The notes beneath the pieces are model-generated. The model was not told the DNA's origin, searched no databases, and saw only the letters and a list, made by a program, of their open reading frames with translations. Positions 11,735 through 22,721 of a DNA stretch of 62,259 nt are shown one piece after another. Numbering within the stretch: the stretch's first letter is position 1; every line of letters begins with the position of its first letter. The position numbers and the translations under genes were made by a program. Source of the DNA: Pseudorhodoplanes sp. (GTDB lineage: Bacteria; Pseudomonadota; Alphaproteobacteria; Rhizobiales; Xanthobacteraceae); NCBI RefSeq assembly GCF_035565855.1, contig NZ_DATMRX010000347.1, positions 1-62,259 on the forward strand. Direction: 5' to 3'.

Positions 11735-13009
11735 TTACTTGAACGCGCGACGGATCTGGTCGGCGAGATCGACCTTCTCCCAGGAGAAGCCGCCGTCCTT
11801 GTCGGGGGCGCGGCCGAAATGGCCGTAGGCCGCGGTGCGCCGGTAGATCGGACGGTTCAGCTTGAGGGTGCGCCGGATATTCGTGGGGCGCAGCGGAAAA
11901 AGTTCAGCGAGAACCTTCTCCAGCTTGCCGTCATCGACCTGTCCGGTGCCGTGCGTATCGACAAGGAGCGACATCGGATCGGCGACGCCGATCGCGTAGG
12001 CGACCTGGATCGTGCATTTCTCGGCGAGCCCGGCCGCCACGACGTTCTTTGCCAGATAGCGCGCCGCGTAGGCCGCGGACCGGTCGACCTTGGTCGGGTC
12101 CTTGCCCGAGAACGCGCCGCCGCCGTGCGGAGCATAGCCGCCATAGGTGTCGACAATGATCTTGCGGCCGGTCAGCCCGCAATCGCCGTCGGGACCGCCG
12201 ACCACGAAGTTGCCGGTCGGGTTGACGAGGAAGTCGGATTCCTTTTTCGGCATCCAGCCCTTCGGAAGGGCCGAGGCGACCGCGTCGCCGATCAGGTCCT
12301 TGATCATCGACGGGGTGTATTTCTTGCCGTTGCGGTTGGTCGCGTTGTGTTGAGTGGACACCACGACCTTGGTGCAGCCGACCGGCTTGCCGTCTTCGTA
12401 CTTGATCGTGACCTGGCTCTTGGCGTCGGGCTGCAGGTCGAACAGCTTCTTGGAATGACGCTGATCGGCGAGCACCTTGAGGATCTTGTGCGCGAAATAG
12501 ATCGGCGCCGGCATGAACGAGTTCTTCTCATAGACCTCGCTCTCGGTGCAGGCGAAGCCGAACATCATGCCCTGGTCGCCCGCGCCTTCCTGTTCGCCGC
12601 CCTTCTTCTTCTTGGCGTCGACACCCATCGCGATGTCGGGAGACTGGCCGTGAAGCAGAACCTCGATGTCCGCCCCGTGATATGAGAAGCCGTCCTGGTC
12701 GTAGCCGATATCCTTCACCACCTCGCGTGCGATCTCGGTGATCAGTTCGCGATTGACGACGGACTTGCCGTTGTAATTTTTGAAGAACGGAGCTTGCCCG
12801 CGGCCTTCGCCGGCAATGACAATCTTGTTCGTCGCAGTCAGCGTCTCGCAGCCCAGGCGGGTGTTAACCAAGCTGTCATCGGCGATGCCAAGCTTGACGT
12901 CATTCTCCAGGAAGGCGTCGAGGACCGCGTCCGAGATCTGGTCCGACACCTTGTCGGGATGCCCTTCGGAAACGGATTCACTGGTAAAGAGGTGGCTCTT
13001 GCGCGGCAC
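11735..13009 (-). CDS. metK: S-adenosylmethionine synthetase
   Basis: [35 protein letters not shown]; GTG start at 13009 with GGGGGAG RBS. Confidence 0.98.
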   Translation of the reverse strand: MPRKSHLFTSESVSEGHPDKVSDQISDAVLDAFLENDVKLGIADDSLVNTRLGCETLTATNKIVIAGEGRGQAPFFKNYNGKSVVNRELITEIAREVVKDIGYDQDGFSYHGADIEVLLHGQSPDIAMGVDAKKKKGGEQEGAGDQGMMFGFACTESEVYEKNSFMPAPIYFAHKILKVLADQRHSKKLFDLQPDAKSQVTIKYEDGKPVGCTKVVVSTQHNATNRNGKKYTPSMIKDLIGDAVASALPKGWMPKKESDFLVNPTGNFVVGGPDGDCGLTGRKIIVDTYGGYAPHGGGAFSGKDPTKVDRSAAYAARYLAKNVVAAGLAEKCTIQVAYAIGVADPMSLLVDTHGTGQVDDGKLEKVLAELFPLRPTNIRRTLKLNRPIYRRTAAYGHFGRAPDKDGGFSWEKVDLADQIRRAFK

Positions 13010-13184
13010 TGGTAGGACTCCCCCTAGGGTCGAAGCGGACCATTCGTCGGTTGTGGAAAGCTGTTCAATGCAGCCTCGGCACGGCGCGGTCAAGATGTGG
13101 GCTGGATGGGCGATCCAATGGGGCGGGGTGGGCCTCTGCCGCGGCGGGTGTGGCCTGCTTACGGCCGCCCGCAGGCCATACGTC

Positions 13185-13589
13185 CTAGTCCTCTTCGGCG
13201 GCGATCTGCTCGACCAGGTCGACGATCTTGCGCCGCAGCTTCGGGGTCTTGATGCGCATGAAGGCGCGGGTCAGGGCCAGGCCGTCGGAGGTCGCCAGGA
13301 AGTCCGACACATAGGCCGGCGACGGCGCGTCGGAAAAACCCGATTGCGAATTCGAATTATCGGGAGCCCCCTCGAAGAAGAACGAGACCGGCACCTGCAG
13401 GATGTTGGAGATCTGCTGCAGGCGGCTGGCGCCGATGCGGTTCGTGCCCTTCTCGTATTTCTGTACCTGCTGGAACGTCAGTCCGAGTGAATCGCCAAGC
13501 TTCTCCTGGCTCATTCCAAGCATCATCCGTCGCATGCGCACACGCGCCCCCACGTGCTTGTCCGTAGGGTTCGGTGACTTCTTAATCAT
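13185..13589 (-). CDS. XRE-family helix-turn-helix regulator
   Basis: [16 protein letters not shown]...[22 protein letters not shown]; conserved position between lnt and metK. Confidence 0.93.
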   Translation of the reverse strand: MIKKSPNPTDKHVGARVRMRRMMLGMSQEKLGDSLGLTFQQVQKYEKGTNRIGASRLQQISNILQVPVSFFFEGAPDNSNSQSGFSDAPSPAYVSDFLATSDGLALTRAFMRIKTPKLRRKIVDLVEQIAAEED

Positions 13590-13833
13590 TCAGTTCTCCG
13601 CAACACGCCGCATCGAATGCAACTGACAGGTGCTTTGCACCTGTTCCCGATGCGTCGTCAACGATTTTACACTCGAAGCCTCAATCGAGACGTGCAGCAA
13701 CTTTGTTGGTTGTGTCGAGCAACCAAATTTTGCTCGCTCAGGTGTCGTCAAGCAAGAGAACAAATCAGCGGTGCTTCGCCGCAGTTCCAGATTAGCAACA
13801 TTTGCGTTTGGCAAGCATCCATGGACCACTTTA

Positions 13834-15438
13834 TCAAAGTGGTTTTCGATCCTGTTTTGATCGATAACGGAGCACTATAAAAAAGCCGGCGGCGATCATG
13901 ATCGCGATGATGCTATCGCCGAATCGTGCGTAGACCGTCGGCGTCACCGATCGCGGCAACGGCCCGTCCAGCACGCCGTCGGTTCCGAGTGGTAATTGCC
14001 TGACGATCCGACCGAGCGGATCCACTATCGCGGAAATACCGTTGTTGGCGGCACGGACGAGCGGAAGCCCTTCCTCGATCGCGCGTGCCCTCGCCTGTTG
14101 CAAATGTTGGAACGGTCCGGTGCTGATGCCGAACCATGCGTCATTGGTGACATTCAGCAGCCAGCCCGGACGTTCGCCGGCGGGCACGACCGCGCCTGGA
14201 AATATGATCTCGTAGCAGATCAGCGGCAGGAAGCGCGGCGCCCCGCGCAATTCGTAACTGCGAAGCCGGTCGCCCGACAGGAAGCCGCCGGGCAGCTTTG
14301 TCAGTTGCAGCAAGCCGAGCTTTTCGAGTGTGGCCTGGAAGGGCAGGTACTCGCCGAACGGAACGAGATGCACCTTGTCATAGACCGACAGGACAGTCCC
14401 GTCGTGATCGATGACGTAGACGGAGTTGTAGGCGCGGACGCGTTTGTCAGGCGATGGATCGGCGGCACGCGCGGCGCCGGTGATCAGCATCGTGCCGGGC
14501 GGCAGCAGATCGGCGATCTGCGCCATCGCCTCGCCTTCGCGAGTCAGGAAAAACGGAAAAGCCGATTCAGGCCAGATCAGATGCGTGACGTTGCTCAGTC
14601 CTGAATTATCCGGACCGGTCGCGCGGTCCGACAACGACAGATAACGATCCATGATCTTCTGCCGTGCGGCGTAATTGAATTTTTCATCCTGCGCTAGGTC
14701 TGGTTGCATGATGCGCAGGCGAACATCGTCCACAAAGCGCGTCGGATTCTTGGCGAGGCGCCATGCGCCAAAACCGGCCATCACTGCAAGGAGGACGAGC
14801 GAGACTGCAAACGGCGCAAGGCTGCGCCCCTTGCCGATCGCTTCATCACCGAGTGTCGCCGGGCTTGCGAACACCGTGACGGCGAGAAACGTCAGCCCCC
14901 ACAATCCGAAGATCGATGCGCTCTGCGCGAGCAGGAGCGATCCGGTCAGCGCGTAGCCGTAGCTATTCCACGGAAAGCCGGTGAGGATATGGCCGCGAAG
15001 CCATTCCGCGGCGGTGAGCGCAACGGCGAGCGCGATCACCCGCATCGCGCCGCGTGGCCAGATCAAGCGGGCAAGCGCGAAACCGAACGCGGTGAAGATG
15101 GCCAGCCCCGCCGGCAAGGCGGTTACCGCGAAAGGCAGCAACCATCCGAAGGTCTTGGCATCGACCAGGAACGCGTGGCCCACCCAATAAAGGCCGGCGA
15201 AAAAATACCCGAAGCCGAAGAACCAGCCCGCAATGGCCGCGGCCGGAATGCCGTTCAGCCGCCCGGCGGCCGATCCGTCGATCAGCCACACCGCGATCGG
15301 AAAGGTCAGGAACAGAACCGGCCACAGGTCGAAGGGCGCGAGGGCCAGCACCGAGACGGCGCCTGCGACGAAAGCGATCGCTGCGCGGCGCCAGCCCCAG
15401 GACAAGACGACCGCGTTGGCGACGGCCTTGATGCTCAC
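13834..15438 (-). CDS. lnt: apolipoprotein N-acyltransferase
   Basis: Multiple TM segments, GFPWN, WPES, YDKVHLVPFGEY, ICYEIIFP, TNDAWFG. Confidence 0.97.
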   Translation of the reverse strand: MSIKAVANAVVLSWGWRRAAIAFVAGAVSVLALAPFDLWPVLFLTFPIAVWLIDGSAAGRLNGIPAAAIAGWFFGFGYFFAGLYWVGHAFLVDAKTFGWLLPFAVTALPAGLAIFTAFGFALARLIWPRGAMRVIALAVALTAAEWLRGHILTGFPWNSYGYALTGSLLLAQSASIFGLWGLTFLAVTVFASPATLGDEAIGKGRSLAPFAVSLVLLAVMAGFGAWRLAKNPTRFVDDVRLRIMQPDLAQDEKFNYAARQKIMDRYLSLSDRATGPDNSGLSNVTHLIWPESAFPFFLTREGEAMAQIADLLPPGTMLITGAARAADPSPDKRVRAYNSVYVIDHDGTVLSVYDKVHLVPFGEYLPFQATLEKLGLLQLTKLPGGFLSGDRLRSYELRGAPRFLPLICYEIIFPGAVVPAGERPGWLLNVTNDAWFGISTGPFQHLQQARARAIEEGLPLVRAANNGISAIVDPLGRIVRQLPLGTDGVLDGPLPRSVTPTVYARFGDSIIAIMIAAGFFIVLRYRSKQDRKPL

Positions 15439-16613
15439 GGTTGTTGCGGGCTCCTGGTCGCGCGCGGCGTCTGCAATCCCGGTGCGATCGAGGGCGTTGG
15501 CTTGATTTGTGTGGCGGAGTCGCGCCGCCTGCTGGTCCCGCTGTGAATGCGGACCTTCTTCACGCGCCGCGGATCGGCGTCGAGGACCTCGAATTCATAC
15601 CCGCTCGGGCCGGGCACCAGCTCGCCGCGGACAGGAACGCGGCCGACCTGCGAGACCAGATAGCCTGCGAGCGTATCGACTGTGTTGAGCGCTTCGCCCA
15701 CATCGAAACCGTTGCCCACAGCCTCGATCACGTCTTCGAGGCTTGCGCGCGCGTCCGCGACGAACGATCCGTCGGGCTGCTTGAGGATGCCGGGCGCTTC
15801 GTCCTCATCATGCTCGTCCTCGATGTCGCCGACAATCAATTCGACGAGGTCTTCGATCGATACGATGCCGTCGGTGCCGCCATATTCGTCGACGACCAGC
15901 GCCAGATGAATTCGCGTCGCCTGCATCTTCGCCAGCAGGTCGATTGCGGGCATGGATGGCGGCACAAAGAGAATGGGGCGGATGATCTTGGTCTTCGACA
16001 GCGGCATCGCGAGGTCGATTGCGCTGAGATCCAGCGTCACCGGTGCGCTCTTGTTCGCCGAAGCCTTCTCCGCTTTCTCCAACTTCTCCTCGGCGGGCGG
16101 CGGCGCGTCGGTCGCGGCCTCCGCCGATTTCTTTCTGCGTCTCGATTTGGGCTTTGCCGCTGTCGAAGCGCGCGTCGTCATGAACGCGATCACGTCGCGG
16201 ATGTGAACCATCCCCACCGGGTCGTCGAGCGTGTCGTTGAACACCACAAGACGGGAGTGGCCGGCTTTCTCGAAAACCTTCACCAGTTCGCCGAGCGGAA
16301 TTTCCTGCTCCACCGCGACGATGCGCGCCCGCGGCGCCATGACGTCGTCAATCCGGCGCTCTCGCAGCCCAAGAATGTTCTTGAGCATCGTGCTTTCTTC
16401 AGGCGAGAAGCCAAGGTCGCTCGGCGCGCTTTCTTCGAGGACCTCCTTGAGGTCAGCGCGGGTCGAGCCTGAGCGCCATCCGAATATCGTTCGCGCCCAG
16501 CGCGTGAACAGGTTTTCGCCGCTGTCGCGCGGTTTGGGTGCGGCGATCGTCGCGGGAAGATTGCTGGGACTCTGGGGGTCGGCCGGTTCGCTCGGCCGCT
16601 CGGTGTCGGGCAT
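15435..16613 (-). CDS. CorC/HlyC family CBS-domain protein
   Basis: GHSRLVV, HLALVVDEYGGTDGIVSIEDLVE, C-terminal CorC domain DADPRRV. Confidence 0.93.
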   Translation of the reverse strand: MPDTERPSEPADPQSPSNLPATIAAPKPRDSGENLFTRWARTIFGWRSGSTRADLKEVLEESAPSDLGFSPEESTMLKNILGLRERRIDDVMAPRARIVAVEQEIPLGELVKVFEKAGHSRLVVFNDTLDDPVGMVHIRDVIAFMTTRASTAAKPKSRRRKKSAEAATDAPPPAEEKLEKAEKASANKSAPVTLDLSAIDLAMPLSKTKIIRPILFVPPSMPAIDLLAKMQATRIHLALVVDEYGGTDGIVSIEDLVELIVGDIEDEHDEDEAPGILKQPDGSFVADARASLEDVIEAVGNGFDVGEALNTVDTLAGYLVSQVGRVPVRGELVPGPSGYEFEVLDADPRRVKKVRIHSGTSRRRDSATQIKPTPSIAPGLQTPRATRSPQQP

Positions 16614-16622
16614 GGCTTTCGG

Positions 16623-17120
16623 TCAGTCTGCGGAAACCGTACCCGCATACGGGTCGGCGATTCCAAGATTGGCGAGAATCCGTGTTTCCAGCGTCTCCAT
16701 TTCGGCGGCCTCGGCATCGGTCTCGTGATCGAATCCGACCAGGTGAAGATAGCCGTGAATCGCCAGATGTGCGAGATGATCGCCGAAGGCCTTGTTTTCA
16801 GCCGCAGATTCGGCGGCGACCGTTTCGTAGGCGATGGCGATGTCGCCGAGATGAAGTTCGCCGGGCGCCGTGGCGGACTCGCCCGCCGGGAACGACAATA
16901 CGTTGGTTGGCTTGTCGATTCCGCGCCATTGCGCATTCATTTGCCGCACGGCTTCGTCATCCGTCAGCAGGATCGCGACCTCTCCGCTGGTCTGCGCCAT
17001 GGCGGCCGCAGACAGGATCGCGCGCTCGATGATGCGTTCGGCTTCGGGGTGAGCCGACCAGAGTTCGGAGGCGATCGTGACATCCACCATCGCCGGCTTC
17101 TCGAGCGCGGCCGCCTTCAT
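16623..17120 (-). CDS. ybeY: rRNA maturation RNase YbeY
   Basis: DKPTNVLSFP and HGYLHLVGFDH motifs. Confidence 0.96.
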   Translation of the reverse strand: MKAAALEKPAMVDVTIASELWSAHPEAERIIERAILSAAAMAQTSGEVAILLTDDEAVRQMNAQWRGIDKPTNVLSFPAGESATAPGELHLGDIAIAYETVAAESAAENKAFGDHLAHLAIHGYLHLVGFDHETDAEAAEMETLETRILANLGIADPYAGTVSAD

Positions 17121-18157
17121 GGCATCGACCCGCGCGGTTTCTGCTCGGATGCGCGATCATAGGCCGCGACGATCCGAGACACGAGTTCGTGCCGGACCAC
17201 GTCTTCGTTTGTGAACGCGGCATGGCCGATGCCTTCGACATCCTTGAGCAGGCGCGTTGCTTCGGCGAGTCCCGAGGTTTGACCGGGCGGCAGATCGACC
17301 TGGCTCGGATCGCCGGTGACAATCATGCGGCTGTTCTCACCGAGACGGGTGAGAAACATCTTCATTTGCATCGACGTCGTATTCTGCGCTTCGTCGAGGA
17401 TGACCGCGGCATTGTGCAGCGTGCGTCCGCGCATGAAGGCGAGTGGCGCGATTTCGATTTCGCCGGCTTGCAGCGCACGTTCGACGATACGCATGTCCAT
17501 CAGGTCGAACAACGCATCGTAGATTGGACGCAGATAGGGGTCGACCTTTTCGCGCATGTCGCCGGGCAGGAAGCCGAGCCGCTCGCCTGCTTCGACGGCA
17601 GGCCGCGACAGGATGATCCGGTCCACTTCCTTGCGCTCGAACAGCGAAACAGCATGCGCCACTGCGAGCCAGGTCTTGCCGGTTCCCGCGGGACCCGTCC
17701 CGAACACCAGCGCATTGCGCTTCAATGCGCGGATATAGGCATCCTGTCCGGCCGTCCGCGCGCGCACGGTGCGCTTGCGCAAGGCGATATCGGCAAAAGT
17801 CGAACGCGCCGGGGTTTCGTTGTCGAACAGCGAGCCCTGCGCCACCGCCTGACGGATCGCGCCCTCGACATCGCCCTGCGTGACGTCGCCGCCATTCTTC
17901 AATTGATCATAAAGCGTCTCGAGCACACGGCGCGCCTGGTCGCAGGCCTCTCGTGTGCCTTCGATGGTGACATGATTGCCGCGCGAATCCGCGACGACAT
18001 CGAGCTTGCGCTCCATCAGCGCAAGATTCTGTCCGTATTGTCCAAACAGGGCCGAAGCCAGTTTGTTGTCGTCGAAGGCGAGCACGGTCTGGATCGCGGT
18101 GTCGTCGCCCGTCTTCGGCGCAACCGGAACACCTGGACTTGGCCGATAATTGCGCAA
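17117..18157 (-). CDS. PhoH family ATPase (YbeZ-like)
   Basis: GPAGTGKT, RPAVEAGERLGFLPG, MRGRTL, DEAQN; start uncertain. Confidence 0.95.
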   Translation of the reverse strand: MRNYRPSPGVPVAPKTGDDTAIQTVLAFDDNKLASALFGQYGQNLALMERKLDVVADSRGNHVTIEGTREACDQARRVLETLYDQLKNGGDVTQGDVEGAIRQAVAQGSLFDNETPARSTFADIALRKRTVRARTAGQDAYIRALKRNALVFGTGPAGTGKTWLAVAHAVSLFERKEVDRIILSRPAVEAGERLGFLPGDMREKVDPYLRPIYDALFDLMDMRIVERALQAGEIEIAPLAFMRGRTLHNAAVILDEAQNTTSMQMKMFLTRLGENSRMIVTGDPSQVDLPPGQTSGLAEATRLLKDVEGIGHAAFTNEDVVRHELVSRIVAAYDRASEQKPRGSMP

Positions 18158-18161
18158 GGGG

Positions 18162-19562
18162 TCAGGCCTCCAAGGCCGCGAGACCCGCTGGCGACGGCGC
18201 GCGCATTGCGGGCTCCCCGGCGAGTGTTCCGAACAGGCTGTGATGGCCGGTCTGATCGATGCGGACAGTGCCGATCGTGCCGATCAGCGTGTCCGGCGCG
18301 TTGACCTGGACCGGCTGCAGATAAGGCGATTTGCCGGCGATCTGGCCGGGATGACGGCCGTGTTTCTCGAACAGCACGTCGAACGAGCGCCCGACGCAGG
18401 ATTTGTTGAAGGCGGCGGCCTGGGAATCGATCAGCGCCTGCAATTCGCGCAGACGCTCGGTTTTCACCGCCTCGGGCACTTGCTCGTCCATGTCGGCGGC
18501 CGGCGTGCCGGGACGCGGCGAATATTTGAACGAGAACGCACCGGAAAAGCCGATGTCGTCGATCAGTTGCATCGTGTCGGCGAAGTCGCGATCGGTTTCG
18601 CCGGGAAAGCCGACGATAAAATCCGACGTGAAGGCCAGCGCCGGCTGCGCCTTGCGAAGCCGGTCGATTATGCGCCGGTAATCGTCGCGGGTGTGCCGGC
18701 GATTCATCGCCGCGAGGATGCGGTCCGAACCCGACTGCACCGGGAGATGCAATTGAGGCATCAACTCCGGCAAGTCGCGATGCGCAGCGATGAGGCTGTC
18801 ATCGACATCGCAGGGATGGCTTGTCGTGTAACGCAGCCGGTCGATGCCTTTGATCTCAGCCAGCCGGCGCAGAAGCTGGGCGAGCGTGTAAACGCCGCCA
18901 TCCGGTCCCTTGCCGTGATAGGCGTTGACGTTCTGGCCTATGACCGTGATCTCGCGAACGCCGGCCTCGGCGAGCTGCTCTGCTTCCGCGATGATTTTCG
19001 CAACGGGACGCGAGACTTCGGCGCCGCGGGTGTAGGGCACCACGCAAAAGGTGCAGAATTTGTCGCAGCCTTCCTGGATGGTCAGGAACGCGGTGACGCC
19101 GCGCGCGCGGATCGCGTCCCGGCTTGGGTTTTTCAGAAAATTGAACTTGTCCTGGACGGGAAATTCCGTCTCCACCGGGCGCTCGCCGCGGGCCGCCTGT
19201 TCCAGGAGGGCGGGAAGCCGGTGATAGCTTTGCGGTCCGACCACGAGATCGACGGCAGGCGCGCGCCGCATGATTTCGGCGCCCTCGGCCTGGGCGACAC
19301 AGCCGGCCACCGCAATCGTGACCTTGCGGCCCGCCTTGGCGGCTTCGTCCTTCATCAGGCGCAGGCGGCCGATCTCCGAATAGACCTTCTCGGCCGCCTT
19401 TTCGCGGATGTGGCAGGTATTCAGCACCACCAGATCGGCATCGGCGGTGTCGGAGGTCTCAGTGAAGCCGTCAGGCGCCAGCATGTCCGCCATACGAAGC
19501 GAATCGTAGACGTTCATCTGACAGCCGTAAGACTTGATATGAAGCTTCCGGGGTCCGGTCAT
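18162..19562 (-). CDS. miaB: tRNA-2-methylthio-N6-dimethylallyladenosine synthase
   Basis: [11 protein letters not shown], radical [21 protein letters not shown]. Confidence 0.97.
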   Translation of the reverse strand: MTGPRKLHIKSYGCQMNVYDSLRMADMLAPDGFTETSDTADADLVVLNTCHIREKAAEKVYSEIGRLRLMKDEAAKAGRKVTIAVAGCVAQAEGAEIMRRAPAVDLVVGPQSYHRLPALLEQAARGERPVETEFPVQDKFNFLKNPSRDAIRARGVTAFLTIQEGCDKFCTFCVVPYTRGAEVSRPVAKIIAEAEQLAEAGVREITVIGQNVNAYHGKGPDGGVYTLAQLLRRLAEIKGIDRLRYTTSHPCDVDDSLIAAHRDLPELMPQLHLPVQSGSDRILAAMNRRHTRDDYRRIIDRLRKAQPALAFTSDFIVGFPGETDRDFADTMQLIDDIGFSGAFSFKYSPRPGTPAADMDEQVPEAVKTERLRELQALIDSQAAAFNKSCVGRSFDVLFEKHGRHPGQIAGKSPYLQPVQVNAPDTLIGTIGTVRIDQTGHHSLFGTLAGEPAMRAPSPAGLAALEA

Positions 19563-19761
19563 ACCGCTCTGCGGGGCGCTATCGGCGCGGGTTGCGTCAA
19601 CAGGCCTGATCCTTGCGTCCAATCAAGACAGCCATACCGGGGTTCCTGAACCGCCCCGTCATACATCCAAACCGCCCAAAAAGAAATTCGTGGCCCCGGG
19701 CGGCGCATTTTTTTCGCAGCCAGGCAAATAGCTCATATTTTTCAACCTTCAAGGGGGCCGT

Positions 19762-20235
19762 TCACCCGGTCTTGGTGTCCTTCAGCGGAACGGCATACAG
19801 CTCCAGCCGGTGATCGACGAGCTTGTAGCCCAGCCGCCGCGCAACCTCGGCTTGCAGCTTTTCGATCTCCTCGGACTGGAACTCGATCACTTCGCCGGTG
19901 CGAAGGTTGATCAGGTGGTCGTGGTGAGCGTCGGAAATCTGCTCGAATCGGGCCCGGCCCTCGCGGAAATCGTGGCGCTCGATGATGCCCGAATCCTCGA
20001 ACAGCTTGACCGTCCGGTACACGGTCGAAATCGAAATACGATCGTCGATCTTCGCGCAGCGGCGGTACAGCTCCTCGACATCCGGATGGTCGTCGGCCTC
20101 GTTGAGCACGCGCGCGATCGTGCGGCGCTGCTCGGTCATCCGCATGCCCTTTTCCGCGCAGCGCGCCTCGATGCTGGTTACCGTCCTCAGGTTGGTTGCT
20201 TTGACGACCACGTTTGTCTCCGATCGATGGGACAT
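19762..20235 (-). CDS. fur: Fur family transcriptional regulator (Fur/Mur)
   Basis: GMRMTEQRR, DDHPDVEELY, STVYRT, HHDHLI. Confidence 0.93.
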   Translation of the reverse strand: MSHRSETNVVVKATNLRTVTSIEARCAEKGMRMTEQRRTIARVLNEADDHPDVEELYRRCAKIDDRISISTVYRTVKLFEDSGIIERHDFREGRARFEQISDAHHDHLINLRTGEVIEFQSEEIEKLQAEVARRLGYKLVDHRLELYAVPLKDTKTG

Positions 20236-20273
20236 TCTAGTTTCACAGCAAAACGCCGTCCATCGCCCATGCG

Positions 20274-20762
20274 TCACGCCAGATTGCGGCGCAGCACCAG
20301 CGCGGCTGCCGGCTTGCCGGTTTCACTGAGGTAATAGCCCTCGCGTCGACCGACCTCGACAAATCCTGCGCGGCGATAAAGCCGCTGTGCGGACAGATTT
20401 CCTTCGTCGACCTCGAGAAAGACCGCATCCACGCCATAGGCGGCCAGACGCCCAAGATGGTGGCGCAGCAGGTCCCGCGCCACGGCACGGCCACGGTACT
20501 TCGGGGTGACGGCGATCGACAGAATCTCGGCTTCGTCGGCGGCTATCCGGGACATCACGAAGCCGGCGAAATTGCGCCCGATCATCGCGCGATGCGCCGC
20601 GACCTGGCGGTCGAGCAACATGCCCTCGATCTCGTCCTCGCTCCATCCCCTGCGGAACGATGCCGCATGCAGGTCGGCGATGGCTCCGACGTCCCGGGTC
20701 GACGCGTTCGAGACGATCGGCGGCCGGGCCGGCGAGAACAGATCGAAGAACAATCTCATCAT
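20274..20762 (-). CDS. rimI: ribosomal-protein-alanine N-acetyltransferase (GNAT)
   Basis: DEAEILSIAV, VFLEVDEGN, GRREGYY; follows tsaB. Confidence 0.88.
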   Translation of the reverse strand: MMRLFFDLFSPARPPIVSNASTRDVGAIADLHAASFRRGWSEDEIEGMLLDRQVAAHRAMIGRNFAGFVMSRIAADEAEILSIAVTPKYRGRAVARDLLRHHLGRLAAYGVDAVFLEVDEGNLSAQRLYRRAGFVEVGRREGYYLSETGKPAAALVLRRNLA

Positions 20763-21439
20763 CGGCGCGGCAATATCGCTGCGGTCTGCGGATGCGCATC
20801 CGGAGGACGAAGGTAGAGCGGCTTGGGCGGGGCGTCACGGACCTCCGCGTCGGCGCCGAGCCGGGCCACCGAGACGATGTCCGGAGCGCCGCGTTCGTCG
20901 ATCGGCGGCAGGTTCATCGGATCGGGCCAGATCTGCGTCATCATCCCGGCACCGGAACCCACCAGGCGGGCCGAGGCGCCATCGGCCAAATGCACGGCGT
21001 CTTCGACGGGAATGATGCGGGGCGGGACCAGTACGCGGCCCTGCGCCCCGAAAAGCTGGAAATACACGTGGCAGTGACGGCCGTCGATGGCCGCGGCAAC
21101 GGGCGTATTCGGATCGGCGGCGATATAGGGGGCGGCGAGGGCGGCGAGGGTGGTAATTCCGACCACCGGCTTCCGCGCCGCAAGCCCGATGCCGCGCGCG
21201 GCCGCGATGCCGACCCGAAGGCCGGTAAAGCTGCCGGGGCCGACCGTCACCGCGATGCGGTCGAGGGCGAAGAAGTCGACCCGCGCGTCGCTCATGACCC
21301 GATCGACGAGGGGCATCAGCGCTTCCGCATGCCCGCGCGTCATGATCTCGGTATCGCCCGCGACTACGGCAGACTGCTCGGAATCGAAGACGGCCGCCGA
21401 GCAGGCCTCCAGTGCGGTGTCGATGGCGAGGACGAGCAT
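20759..21439 (-). CDS. tsaB: tRNA threonylcarbamoyladenosine biosynthesis protein TsaB
   Basis: LAIDTA, HAEALMP, GPGSFTGLRVG, PLYLR. Confidence 0.95.
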   Translation of the reverse strand: MLVLAIDTALEACSAAVFDSEQSAVVAGDTEIMTRGHAEALMPLVDRVMSDARVDFFALDRIAVTVGPGSFTGLRVGIAAARGIGLAARKPVVGITTLAALAAPYIAADPNTPVAAAIDGRHCHVYFQLFGAQGRVLVPPRIIPVEDAVHLADGASARLVGSGAGMMTQIWPDPMNLPPIDERGAPDIVSVARLGADAEVRDAPPKPLYLRPPDAHPQTAAILPRR

Positions 21440-21517
21440 GCGGCGATTATAGCCGTCCAGCGTGGCTGCAAGGGCCCGAAAACTGGCGCAGAGGCGCCTT
21501 TACGGGGCGAAAGCTGC

Positions 21518-22075
21518 CTAGACCGGGCGAACTTCCGTCACGTCCGGCACGAAATGCCGCAGCAGGTTCTGGATGCCGTGCTTGAGGGTGGCGGTGGATG
21601 AGGGGCAGCCGGAGCAGGCGCCCTTCATCGACAGGAACACGATGCCGTCCTTGAAGCCGCGGAACGTGATGTCGCCGCCGTCATTGGCGACCGCCGGACG
21701 GACGCGGGTCTCGATCAGTTCCTTGATGGTCGCGACGGTCTCGGCGTCGGCGGCGTCGAAAAATTCGCCCTCGTCAGATGTGCCGGTGCTCTCGCCGTCG
21801 CGCAGGAGCGGCGCGCCCGACATGTAGTGTTCCATGATCGCGCCGAGGATCAGCGGCTTGAGCTGCTGCCATTCGCCGGCGCTCTTGGTCACGGTGATGA
21901 AGTCAGAGCCGAAGAAAACGCCGCTGACATTGGGAATGTCGAACAGCCGCTCCGCCAGCGGCGATTTCGCCGCCTGCTCCCGGCTGGTGAGTTCCATGGT
22001 ACCGTCCAGCACATTGCGGCCGGGCAGGAACTTCAAGGTGGCCGGATTGGGCGTGGCTTCGGTCTGGATAAACAT
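21518..22075 (-). CDS. NifU/NfuA family Fe-S carrier
   Basis: MFIQTEATPNP, VRPAVANDGGDI, GACSGCPSS. Confidence 0.95.
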   Translation of the reverse strand: MFIQTEATPNPATLKFLPGRNVLDGTMELTSREQAAKSPLAERLFDIPNVSGVFFGSDFITVTKSAGEWQQLKPLILGAIMEHYMSGAPLLRDGESTGTSDEGEFFDAADAETVATIKELIETRVRPAVANDGGDITFRGFKDGIVFLSMKGACSGCPSSTATLKHGIQNLLRHFVPDVTEVRPV

Positions 22076-22156
22076 CGAAAAACTCCAGCGCGGGCAGTGT
22101 TCGAGCCCGCTGTCGTATAGATGGCCTTTTATGCCCCAAGGTCAACGGCGGGCAGC

Positions 22157-22651
22157 CTATGACAGGGCGTCGATCTCCTCGTCGCTCAAATGCCCGGGGA
22201 CGATGGCGACCGGTATAGGAAATTCGCCGGCCGTCCGGGCAATTGACGATACCAGCGGGCCGGGCCCCTCCTTCGCAGTTCCGGCCGCGAGCACGAGGAT
22301 CGCGATATCCTCATCCTCATCGATCAGCTTGAGAAGCTGCTCGATCCAGCTGCCCTCGCGGATCGCGCGTTCGGGCGTGATGCCGGCGACGCCATTGGCT
22401 CTGCCGGCCGCCCGATCCAGCGCCTCGTTTGCCTCCTCATAGGCCTCGGCGCGCATGATGTCCGCGACGCCAAGCCATTGCTGATTGCGGTCCTCGATAT
22501 CGATGACCCGCAGCATGATCATCCCGGCACCGATGCGCGAGACACGCCGTGCGGCGTAATAGATGGCGCGATCGCATTCGGGCGAATCGTCGACGACGAC
22601 CAGGTATTTGGGCTGGTGGCCGGATTCGTAGGAGCGGCGTCGGCGGCTCAT
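22157..22651 (-). CDS. universal stress protein
   Basis: YLVVVDDSPEC, ILVLAAG...GPGPLV, PIPVAIVPG. Confidence 0.88.
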   Translation of the reverse strand: MSRRRRSYESGHQPKYLVVVDDSPECDRAIYYAARRVSRIGAGMIMLRVIDIEDRNQQWLGVADIMRAEAYEEANEALDRAAGRANGVAGITPERAIREGSWIEQLLKLIDEDEDIAILVLAAGTAKEGPGPLVSSIARTAGEFPIPVAIVPGHLSDEEIDALS

Positions 22652-22721
22652 CGGTGATCCTCCCACGTCGACGATTCTGGCATGACGAATGGCGTCATCA
22701 CAAGACGCTCAGGCCGCAGAA

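Noticed and set aside
13010-13184. Possible SAM riboswitch upstream of metK
   Set aside because: I could not match SAM-II or SAM-SAH consensus elements by eye; only a generic hairpin (13148-13181) and a TTGACC promoter-like hexamer. An Rfam scan would settle it.
13590-13833. Short ORFs or a possible sRNA in the lower-GC gap between lnt and the XRE gene
   Set aside because: The ORFs lack an RBS and host codon bias, and I saw no convincing structure or terminator; most simply a promoter/UTR region.
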